Shown here in pieces: positions 17,495 through 25,543 of a DNA stretch of 56,887 bases. The notes beneath the pieces were generated by a model. It ran no database searches. It was not told where the DNA came from and saw only the letters and a program-made list of their open reading frames with translations. Source of the DNA: Acidimicrobiales bacterium (GTDB taxonomy: Bacteria; Actinomycetota; Acidimicrobiia; Acidimicrobiales; SHLQ01); NCBI GenBank assembly GCA_051011595.1, contig JBPCTQ010000118.1:1-56887 (forward strand), in the 5' to 3' direction. Numbering within the stretch: position 1 is the first letter of the stretch; each line of letters starts with the position of its first letter. The position numbers and the translations under genes were made by a program.

Positions 17495-19656
17495 GACACC
17501 TCCACGGTGCGACAGCCGAGCAAGGTGTTGGGTTGTCCGCCGACCTTGTCCTTGCCGTACACACACACCTCGCGGGTTCCGGACCCGGCGGGCACAGTGA
17601 TCTTGAAGCCGTGCCGCGACGAGTACCCGGGATTGACGGCAGCCACCCGCCCCTTGTGACGGTCGGCTCGCCCGGCCCCGGCGAAGACCCCGTCGACGTA
17701 GACGTGCACACCGGCCGGCCCGTCGGTGTCGGGATCGATGACCCAACCCCGGACGGTGACCTGGCCACTTCCCGGTTCGACCTTCTGGAGCCGGCCGAAC
17801 GGCGAACCGGTGGGGGTGGTGAAGCGGCTCCGGTCGAGGAGCACGGTACGACCGGGGCTCTGGCGGTCGCGGGCATGGACGCGCAGCTCGTGGGTGCCCG
17901 CGTCGACCGGTACCACGAAGTCGAACCCGCCGCCGCTGCCGTACCCGGGCACATCGGGACGGTCGCCGTCGGCCCGCACCCCACCCCAGAACACATCGTC
18001 GAGGTAGACGTGGAGGTTGACCGCTTTGGGTGTGTCCGGATCGGCCACCCAGCCCCGAACCCGGACCTCATCGGGGCCCACGGTGAGCGACTCGACCGCC
18101 CCCAATGGGGACCCGGTGGGCACCGAGACATCGGCGCAGTCGATGGTGGTACGACGACCGGACCCGCCATTGCGGGCCCGCAGGCAGACCTGGTGGGAGC
18201 CGGTGACACCCTCCACCACGATGTCGAAACCGTGATCAGGGCCGGCCTCGGGGAAGGCCTGGGCCACATCGGGTCGGGGCAGGTTGGCCCGCCGCGACAG
18301 CGCCACCTCGCCGTCGATCAACACGTCGACCATCGAGGCCTGTTCGATATCGGGGTCGATGACCCAACCGCGAAGGTACACACCACCCGCGACAGCTTCG
18401 ATACGGGCCGCCCCGAACGGAGACCCGTCCGGGACCACGACGTCGGCGCATCCGATGAGCGTGCGCTGACCTACACCTCGGTTGACGGCGTAGACACAGA
18501 CGCGGCGAGCGCCAGGGCCGGCTTCGACCGAGGCGGCGAACCCGTGGTCGGGGCCGAAGGCGCCGTAGTCGGTCAGGTCGGGACGAGCAAGATCGGCCCG
18601 AGCGAAGGCGACGAATTCGTCGTCGACATGGATCTCGACCCGGACGAAGTTGTCGGTGTTGGGGTCGATGGCCCAACCGACCACGTCGATGGTGCCGAAC
18701 GGGCTGGTGGTGGCCATCTCCAACTCGCCGAAGGGGTTGCCCCCGGGCACCGTCAGCCGTCGACAACCAATGGTGCGCAGCGACAATCCCTCCACCACGT
18801 TGGCGCACACGGTGTGGGTGCCAGGGCCGAGCGGAACCGACACGTCGAACCAGCGGACTCCCCCGTTCACGGCGTCGAATCCGGGCGGCGGCTCGGTGAG
18901 GGTGGCTTCGGTGTAACCGATCCCTTCAGCCCCCACCGTGATGGCGATGTTGGTCGGCGCTTGAGGGACGACATAACCCACGACCCGAACGCCGTCGGGG
19001 GCCAACTGCACGTCGACCACGTTGCCCTCGGGATTACCCGGGTCGATCTGCAGGCACGGTCGGTTGTGGAACCGCGTGTTGTTGTCGGTGCGTACCGCCG
19101 TGGTGCAGGTCGGATCGAGCAGCCAGGGCGGCGTACAGGTGACCACCCGGCACACGATGGGCCCCAGGCAGGCAATGCCCTGGTTGCACTGGCCATAACG
19201 GAACCCGGTGCACCCGGCCTTGCGGTTCCCGCAGCTGCCGGCCGCACAGCCACATCGAGTGCCCGAGCATGAACCCGAGCAGATCCCGCCCGAGCCACAG
19301 CCACAGGAGCCGCAGGAGGCGTTGCAGTCGAGGTAGTAGCGGGGTTGGGGTGAGCCGTTGTCGCAGTAACCGGACCCGTCGGCCTTCCACCACCCGCCGT
19401 AGCTGGTACCCGGCGGACAGCCGTTCACGCCGGTGGTGGTGCAGCAGAATTCGGTGTAGCCGTCACAGCAGGTGGCTCCGCAATCGCAACTCTGCCCCGA
19501 GCAGTTGCAGATGGCGGCGTAGGCAGTGGTGGGACGAAGTACGTAGGCAGCCGGGGCCACGGTCATGGCCGATCCGGCCAGCGCCCCTCGCCGCAGGAAA
19601 CCGCGGCGATCGGTGCGTCGTTCGAGGAAACGGGCGGCGCGATCGACAATGGTCAT
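17491..19656 (-). CDS. Tat-exported protein: cysteine-packed MauA-like N-terminal domain plus five tandem about 100-aa beta-type repeats
   Basis: 721 aa. Twin-arginine signal TDRRGFLRRGALAGSAMTVAPAAY. 26 Cys between aa 50 and 201, including GCPPGTSYGGWWKADGSGYC...RYYLDC. Repeats follow with the pattern GSPFG..V.VRGWVIDPD...RPDV...GPDHGF...H.VC...GC..V.VP. Confidence 0.8.
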   Translation of the reverse strand: MTIVDRAARFLERRTDRRGFLRRGALAGSAMTVAPAAYVLRPTTAYAAICNCSGQSCDCGATCCDGYTEFCCTTTGVNGCPPGTSYGGWWKADGSGYCDNGSPQPRYYLDCNASCGSCGCGSGGICSGSCSGTRCGCAAGSCGNRKAGCTGFRYGQCNQGIACLGPIVCRVVTCTPPWLLDPTCTTAVRTDNNTRFHNRPCLQIDPGNPEGNVVDVQLAPDGVRVVGYVVPQAPTNIAITVGAEGIGYTEATLTEPPPGFDAVNGGVRWFDVSVPLGPGTHTVCANVVEGLSLRTIGCRRLTVPGGNPFGELEMATTSPFGTIDVVGWAIDPNTDNFVRVEIHVDDEFVAFARADLARPDLTDYGAFGPDHGFAASVEAGPGARRVCVYAVNRGVGQRTLIGCADVVVPDGSPFGAARIEAVAGGVYLRGWVIDPDIEQASMVDVLIDGEVALSRRANLPRPDVAQAFPEAGPDHGFDIVVEGVTGSHQVCLRARNGGSGRRTTIDCADVSVPTGSPLGAVESLTVGPDEVRVRGWVADPDTPKAVNLHVYLDDVFWGGVRADGDRPDVPGYGSGGGFDFVVPVDAGTHELRVHARDRQSPGRTVLLDRSRFTTPTGSPFGRLQKVEPGSGQVTVRGWVIDPDTDGPAGVHVYVDGVFAGAGRADRHKGRVAAVNPGYSSRHGFKITVPAGSGTREVCVYGKDKVGGQPNTLLGCRTVEVS
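17494..18741 (-). repeat. Four tandem about 100-codon repeat modules inside CDS 17491-19656 (a fifth, degenerate copy extends to about 19050)
   Basis: Each module starts G(S/N)P(F/L)G and contains RGW.(I/A)DPD, RPD(V/L), (GPD)HGF. All but the third also carry a Cys pair (VC...GC). Confidence 0.8.
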
Positions 19657-20189
19657 GAGGATCCTCCGGCGGCGGAACGGGACGGGCCGACGTACACCAT
19701 GGCCTCGGGCAGCACCGTCAGTACCGCATAGGACAAGGCGGCGCCGAGGGTGACCACACCCGCGAACGGGAGGCCGTACCAGGGCTGGTCGGCCACGATC
19801 TGGTCGACGGAATCGATGGGGAAGAAGACGGCGGCCAGGCCCACCCCCGCCGCGGCCGCATTAAAAGTGATGTGGATGGCACCGGGGCTGGTGCCCGACG
19901 ATCCGAAACAGCCGCAGTTGGTGAGCCGGCCCGATCGGCGACCGACGGCCACGAACACCGCGAACCCGGCATATGTGAGGCCGAGCGCGGCGGCCGGGAG
20001 GGCGCCACCCCACACGAGCACCGAGGTTGCGATGGCCACTTCGGCCAGGGCGAAGGCGACGACGACCAGCGTCGACGACGGGAGGCCGACGGCATACAAC
20101 GCGGCGCGGGTGGCGGTGGGGCTCCACAACTTGGCCAGGCCGGCTGCAGCCAGCAGCAGGGCGCACATGATGATCGGACCGGCGAGCAC
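19653..20189 (-). CDS. MauE/DoxX-family-like redox-associated membrane protein
   Basis: 178 aa with 4-5 TM spans and the RLTNCGCFGSSG motif (CGC motif of MauE). GTG start (ATG 20168 alternative). Its stop overlaps the next start in ATGA at 19653-19656. Confidence 0.7.
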   Translation of the reverse strand: MLAGPIIMCALLLAAAGLAKLWSPTATRAALYAVGLPSSTLVVVAFALAEVAIATSVLVWGGALPAAALGLTYAGFAVFVAVGRRSGRLTNCGCFGSSGTSPGAIHITFNAAAAGVGLAAVFFPIDSVDQIVADQPWYGLPFAGVVTLGAALSYAVLTVLPEAMVYVGPSRSAAGGSS

Positions 20190-20280
20190 GCCGGCATCGT
20201 AGTCAACCCGCTCCCCTTGCCTCGATCCGGCCGCCGCTACTGTTGGCCGAGCCGCCCGCCGTCGTCAGGAAGACCCGATC

Positions 20281-21639
20281 GTGACCCAGCCCGACCGGTC
20301 GACCGGACCTGTTCGTTCGGTTGTGGTCGCCACCCCCGAACCCCTCGCTCACCGCCGTGCGGGGCCTGCGGTCAGAGCCATTCGAACCGCCGAGACCCTG
20401 GCCGCTGAAGGCCATCGAGTCACGCTGGCGTCCACGGCCGCGGCTGGGCCCGACATCGAGGTCGACGGCTGCACGGTCGTGGACCGCCTCGCCGTCCCCA
20501 CCGACGCCGAGGTGTACGTGGTCACCGGTCGGGCCATGCTCGATCTCGCCTGGCTGGACGACTCGACGGCGGCGGTCGGGGTCGATCTCTACGACCCGTT
20601 CCAGCTGGAGGCCCTCCATCGGGGTGGCGACGACGAGATCCGGCGCATCGATCTGGTGGAGGGCGCCCATCGAACCCTGGCCGCCCAGTTCACCCGAGGC
20701 GATCGGTTCTTCTGTGCCAACGAACCGCAGCGTTCCTTGTGGTTGGGGTACCTCGGGGCGTTCGGGCGCCTCAACCCGGCCACCCACGACGCCGACCCGT
20801 CGGCGGCGGGACTGATCGAGTTGGCACCCTTCGGCGTCGACGGCGACGAACCGACCACCGGCCCGTCGCCGCTCCGCGCGCACCCGGGCATCGGCCCCGA
20901 TGACCCCATCGTGGTCTGGGCCGGCGGCCTGCACGACTGGCTCGATCCGGAGACGCTGGTTCGGGCCGCCGAGGTGGCCGCCCGGCGGCGCTCCGACCTG
21001 CGGGTGGTCTTCGTGGCCGGCCCTCCTCCCGCGGGCGACCCCACCGGTGCGCCCGAGCGGGCCCGGCGAGAGGCCGACCGTCTGGGCCTCACCGACCGGG
21101 TGGTGTTCTTCCATCCCGACTGGATTCCCCACGACCAGCGAGGTCCCATGTTGGTCGACGCGGCCATCGGGGTGTGTACCCATCGGCCCCACCTCGAGAC
21201 CCGGTTCTCTCATCGCACTCGTTTCCTCGACCACCTGTGGGCGGGGTTACCGACGGTGAGTACCGGCGGTGATCCGCTGTCGGCTCAGCTGGAGGCCGCC
21301 GGGGCGGCACTGATCGTCGAGCCGGGAGATCCCGACGGTGTGGCCGATGCCCTGGTCGACCTGCTCGACCACGACGACCGCCGCACCGGTATGGGCGACG
21401 CGGCCCGCGCCCTGGGCACCACCCTCCACTGGCCCGACACGCTCGCACCCATCGTGGACTGGGTGGCCTCGGCCGCCACCGCCCCCGACCGTCTCGACCC
21501 GGCCCTGGCGCACCGCCTGGGGCCCCAGGCCCACACATCACGCTCGGCGGTGTCACGACTGCGATTGCAGTGGCAGCGTGAAGGTGCGGCCGGAGTGCTC
21601 GACCGGGCCAGCCGCCGCGTGCGCCGTCCATCGTCGTGA
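20281..21639 (+). CDS. GT-B glycosyltransferase (GT4/GT1-like)
   Basis: 452 aa. IVVWAGGLHDWLDPETLVRA, then RVVFF..WIPHDQRGPMLVDAAIGVCTHRPHLETRFSHRTRFLDHLWAGLPTV, a GT-B C-terminal-domain pattern. Confidence 0.65.
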   Translation: MTQPDRSTGPVRSVVVATPEPLAHRRAGPAVRAIRTAETLAAEGHRVTLASTAAAGPDIEVDGCTVVDRLAVPTDAEVYVVTGRAMLDLAWLDDSTAAVGVDLYDPFQLEALHRGGDDEIRRIDLVEGAHRTLAAQFTRGDRFFCANEPQRSLWLGYLGAFGRLNPATHDADPSAAGLIELAPFGVDGDEPTTGPSPLRAHPGIGPDDPIVVWAGGLHDWLDPETLVRAAEVAARRRSDLRVVFVAGPPPAGDPTGAPERARREADRLGLTDRVVFFHPDWIPHDQRGPMLVDAAIGVCTHRPHLETRFSHRTRFLDHLWAGLPTVSTGGDPLSAQLEAAGAALIVEPGDPDGVADALVDLLDHDDRRTGMGDAARALGTTLHWPDTLAPIVDWVASAATAPDRLDPALAHRLGPQAHTSRSAVSRLRLQWQREGAAGVLDRASRRVRRPSS

Positions 21640-22922
21640 ACGACCACCCGCCGGTCAGAGCAGTGGTCGTGAACCACAACGGCGGTGAGCTGTTGAACCG
21701 CTGCCTGCAATCGCTGCAGGCCCTCGAGTGGCCGAACGACCGAATTCACATCGTGGTGGCCGACAATGCCAGCACCGACAACAGCCTCGACTCCGTCCCC
21801 ACCGGCGTGGAGATCATCGAGATGGGCACCAACGCCGGATTCGGGGCGGCCATCAACCGGGCGGTGTCGGCGCCGGGCCCGGCGTTCGATGCCGTGTTGT
21901 TGCTCAATCCCGACGCGTGGATCGAACCCGACGCACTGGAGAAGCTGCGTCACGTGCTCGATACCGATCCCGGCGTCGGCGCGGCCTGTCCTCGCATCCT
22001 GTTCGATCGTCCCATGGCCACCGTCACCATCACGGCCGACGAGGGTATGGACTGCCGGCTCGGCGCCGCCGAGGTCGACGGAACCGACGTCCGCGACTCG
22101 GTGCACGGGCTGGAAGGGGCCGAGCGAACGCCGAACCGGTTCGGGACATCGACCTGGAAGCTGAGCGCCCGCAGCACCCTGCACGTCCCCCATGGCTCGC
22201 GTCTGCGGGTCGAACTCGAGGCCCGACGCCGGGGCCGGGTCACGATCGCCGCCGACGCCGATCCGGTCACGGCGCTGGTCGGCCCGGGCGCAACGTCGAT
22301 CGATGTGGCCCTCGGCGATGAACCACTCACCGTCGTCCAGAACGACGGATCCTCGGTGGCCGCCGACGGCACCGGCACCAATCGGCACTTCCATCGACCC
22401 CTCTCGGCCGTCGACTCCCGACCGGCCGACGTGTTCGCCTGGTGTGGCGCCGGCGTGCTGCTCCGATCGGCGATGCTCGACCAGATCGGCTCGTTCGCCG
22501 AACCCTTCTTCCTCTACTACGAGGACACCGACCTGGCTTGGCGGGGCCAGGCCGCGGCGTGGCGCAGCACCCTGGTGCCCGACGCGGTGGTGCATCATCG
22601 GCACTCGGCCACCACCGGCCAGGGTCGGGCCGTCACCGAGGTCCACCAACACCGAAACCGGGTGCTGATGATGGCCCGGAACGCACCCCTGGGTGCGGCC
22701 TTGGGCACGCTGATCGGGCTGGTGCTGACCGCCGGGTCCACCACGGTGCGGGGATGTGCGGCGCGACTGCGCGGCTCGGGCGACCTCACCCGGGCCGGGT
22801 ACCGCTGGCGCTCGGTTGTGGCCGCGCTGGCCAAGCTGCCGTGGGCGCTGTCCACCCGCCGCAGGCTCGGGCGGCGAGCTCGTCGGCCCCGACGCCAGGT
22901 CTACGCCGAGCTGGAGCCGTGA
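21636..22922 (+). CDS. GT2-family glycosyltransferase (rhamnosyltransferase-like) with a large internal insertion
   Basis: GTG in a GTGA overlap with the upstream stop. VVVNHNGGELLNRCLQSL, VVADNASTDNS, LLLNPDAW, FAWCGAGVLLR, FFLYYEDTDLAWR. Confidence 0.8.
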   Translation: MNDHPPVRAVVVNHNGGELLNRCLQSLQALEWPNDRIHIVVADNASTDNSLDSVPTGVEIIEMGTNAGFGAAINRAVSAPGPAFDAVLLLNPDAWIEPDALEKLRHVLDTDPGVGAACPRILFDRPMATVTITADEGMDCRLGAAEVDGTDVRDSVHGLEGAERTPNRFGTSTWKLSARSTLHVPHGSRLRVELEARRRGRVTIAADADPVTALVGPGATSIDVALGDEPLTVVQNDGSSVAADGTGTNRHFHRPLSAVDSRPADVFAWCGAGVLLRSAMLDQIGSFAEPFFLYYEDTDLAWRGQAAAWRSTLVPDAVVHHRHSATTGQGRAVTEVHQHRNRVLMMARNAPLGAALGTLIGLVLTAGSTTVRGCAARLRGSGDLTRAGYRWRSVVAALAKLPWALSTRRRLGRRARRPRRQVYAELEP

Positions 22923-22971
22923 CCGCCGAGGAGCAACGGCCTGGCGCACCTCAGCCTCTACAGTCGAACCC

Positions 22972-24003
22972 GTGCAGATCGTCTATCTGACGGCTCGACC
23001 GTCGGTCCTGGCCCAGACGCTCGACCACGTCGGGCACTACATGCCGTTCATCGACCAGGTCGTGGCGGTGTGCCCGGCGGCCGCGGCCGACGCGGTGGCC
23101 ACCATCTCCGGCATCGAGGTCATCACCGACGAACACCTCACCGGGCAGTCGGCGGCCACCATCGCGGCCTGGGACCACACCACGCGGAACTTCCGACTAC
23201 GGGCCGCCATGGCCGACCACCCGGTGATCGCCGAAGAATTCGTGATGGCCGACGACGACAACCGGCCACTCCAGGCCATCGACCGGTCGTTCTTCACCGA
23301 CAACCGAGGCCGCACCCGCAACTACTGGTTCACCGAGCTCGATGCGTGGAAACGCGACGAGACCCCGTTCGATCAGGGCCTGACCCATGCCCTGCTGGTC
23401 CTACGCCAACTCGGCGTCGACCGACCCCTGGCCTACGCCTCCCATCAACCCCAGCTCATCGACCGGGCGCTCTTCGGTGAGGCCGTCGGGCGGGTGATGG
23501 CCACCGCCTCCCGATACCCCCTCGACGAGTGGTCGATCTACTTCAACCTGGCCCGAGCGGGCGCCCCGGAACGATTCGCTCCCCCGGAGCCGTTCGTCAC
23601 GCTGGGCTGGCCCCAGTTCCCAGGTGAATGGCTCCACATGGTGCCGCCCGCCGGGTACCTGTTCGAGAACCATCATCCCGAGCTGTACCAACCGGGCGGC
23701 CTGTTCGAGGGGCTCCCCACCGACCTGGTTCCCGAGACCGCCGATGCCGACAACCTCGAGAAGGCCGTTCGCTGGCATCGATTCGGGCTGGCCCTCGGAC
23801 GCCTCGACATCGACGATGCGGTGACCAATCCGTACACCCAGGGCAAACCCCATCGAAGAGCCTTCATGCGCGGCACCCGTTCGTTGCGCAAGGTCGTCGA
23901 ATACGCCACCATCGCCGAACGCGAGGCCCTCACCGACCTGACCGGCCGCGTCCGTCGGCTCGAACAGCGACTGGACGAGCTGGCCGTCGATGACGACGAC
24001 TGA
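22972..24003 (+). CDS. Hypothetical protein in the glycosyltransferase operon (DDD motif, C-terminal coiled-coil-like tail)
   Basis: Start trimmed to GTG 22972 (VQIVYLTARPS), because the upstream part of the ORF overlaps the GT2 gene. Contains EEFVMADDDNRPL and ASHQPQLIDRALF. Ends TDLTGRVRRLEQRLDELAVDDDD. Confidence 0.5.
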   Translation: MQIVYLTARPSVLAQTLDHVGHYMPFIDQVVAVCPAAAADAVATISGIEVITDEHLTGQSAATIAAWDHTTRNFRLRAAMADHPVIAEEFVMADDDNRPLQAIDRSFFTDNRGRTRNYWFTELDAWKRDETPFDQGLTHALLVLRQLGVDRPLAYASHQPQLIDRALFGEAVGRVMATASRYPLDEWSIYFNLARAGAPERFAPPEPFVTLGWPQFPGEWLHMVPPAGYLFENHHPELYQPGGLFEGLPTDLVPETADADNLEKAVRWHRFGLALGRLDIDDAVTNPYTQGKPHRRAFMRGTRSLRKVVEYATIAEREALTDLTGRVRRLEQRLDELAVDDDD

Positions 24004-25543
24004 GCCGGCGCCGGACCACGTCGAGTCCGAAGAACCCGAGGGCGGCCCGCCACTCCCCCGCGCCGCCCGTATCGCCATCGCGCTGGCGGTGGCCGCCGGC
24101 ATCGTGGTCCGGTTCGTGGCCGACACGCCCTTGTGGCTCGACGAGGCATTGTCGGTGAACATTGCCGACCTCCCGGCCGGCGACATCGACGACGCCCTGC
24201 GCCGTGACGGCCATCCGCCGCTGTACTACTTCTTGTTGAAAGCCCACATGGCGGTGTTCGGGCAATCCGATCTGGCGGTGCGGGCGTTGTCGGGTCTGAT
24301 AGCGGTGGCCACCCTGCCGCTGGCGTTCGTGGCCGGACGCCGGCTGGGGGGCGTTCGGACGGCGTGGCTCAGCCTTGCGCTGTTCGCCGCCTCACCCTTC
24401 GCCATCCGGTACGCCACCGAGACCCGGATGTACACGTTGCTCATGTTGTTGGCCCTGGTTTTGTGGCTGCTGGTCGACCGGGCCCGCACCGCGCCAACCG
24501 CGGGCCGGCTGGTGGCCATTGCGGTGGTGGCCAGCGCATTGTGTTGGACGCACTACTGGGCGTTCTGGTTGTTGGCGGCCTTCGGGTTGTGGGCCTTGGT
24601 GGCGGCGGTACGCGGGCTTCCCGACTTCCCCATTCGGTCCGGTCGTCTTGTCGCAGGTGCGCTGGTGGTGGGTGGTGTGTTGTTCCTCCCCTGGGTGCCG
24701 GCGTTGCTCGATCAGCTCGCCCACACCGGTACCCCCTGGGGTGATCCCAGTCGGCCGGCCGAGGTGGCGGTGCTCACCCTGTTCGAGCTGGGTGGTGGCC
24801 CGCGGTCTGAAGCCCAGTTGGTGGGCATGGCCATCACCACCCTGGCCGTGCTCGGTGTCCTCGCTCGGCCGGGTGACGACAAACGCATCGAGCTGGATCT
24901 ACGTGTGCCGCTCCCGGCCCGGGAATTGGCCGGCCTGGTGGTGGTGACCATGGCCCTGGGTTTGCTGGTCAACGTGGTCACCGGCAGCACCTTCCAGCCT
25001 CGGTACGCCGCGGTGGTGGTGCCTTTCGTGATGTTGCTGGCCGCTCGGGGGCTGGGGGCGTTTCGGGGCCCCGCCCTCGGCATCGTCGCCAGTCTGGTGG
25101 TGGTGGCCGGGTTGGCCGCCGGCGTGGGGGTGAGTGGCCTGGAACGAAGCCAGGGTGAGGTGGTGGCCGCAGTCATCAACGCGGACCACGGTGACGGCGA
25201 CGTGGTGGTGTTCTGCCCCGACCAGCTGGGCCCCTCCACCGACCGCTACCTCGACGACGTGGTCAACGGAGTCACGTTCCCGGACGGGGCGTCACCGACG
25301 CTGGTCGACTGGCGCGACTACGCCGATCGGGTCGATGCGGCCGACCCGGTCTCGTTCATCACCGAGGTCGACGCCGCCCACGACGGCACCATCTGGCTGG
25401 TCATGGCCACGTCCTACCGGACACTGGAGGGGGTGTGCGAAGAGATGAACGCCACCCTGTTCGCCTCCCACTCCGGCGAGTTGGTGGTGCGACCCAACAC
25501 CGACTTCTACGAGCCGGCGGCCTTGTACCGATTCGACCCATGA
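23990..25543 (+). CDS. GT-C fold membrane glycosyltransferase (GT39/ArnT-PMT-like)
   Basis: 517 aa, many TM spans. N-terminal loop LWLDEALSVNIA...RRDGHPPLYYFLLKAHMAVFG (DE motif plus PPLYY) is typical of family 39/83 enzymes. Soluble C-terminal domain. Confidence 0.65.
   Translation: MTTTEPAPDHVESEEPEGGPPLPRAARIAIALAVAAGIVVRFVADTPLWLDEALSVNIADLPAGDIDDALRRDGHPPLYYFLLKAHMAVFGQSDLAVRALSGLIAVATLPLAFVAGRRLGGVRTAWLSLALFAASPFAIRYATETRMYTLLMLLALVLWLLVDRARTAPTAGRLVAIAVVASALCWTHYWAFWLLAAFGLWALVAAVRGLPDFPIRSGRLVAGALVVGGVLFLPWVPALLDQLAHTGTPWGDPSRPAEVAVLTLFELGGGPRSEAQLVGMAITTLAVLGVLARPGDDKRIELDLRVPLPARELAGLVVVTMALGLLVNVVTGSTFQPRYAAVVVPFVMLLAARGLGAFRGPALGIVASLVVVAGLAAGVGVSGLERSQGEVVAAVINADHGDGDVVVFCPDQLGPSTDRYLDDVVNGVTFPDGASPTLVDWRDYADRVDAADPVSFITEVDAAHDGTIWLVMATSYRTLEGVCEEMNATLFASHSGELVVRPNTDFYEPAALYRFDP

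Noticed and set aside
16733-20189. A bona fide methylamine dehydrogenase (mau) operon
   Set aside because: No heavy-chain (mauB), mauG di-haem, amicyanin or cytochrome gene is present. The MauA-like domain is fused to about 500 residues of repeats. I therefore treat it as an orphan MauE/MauD-type maturation system instead.
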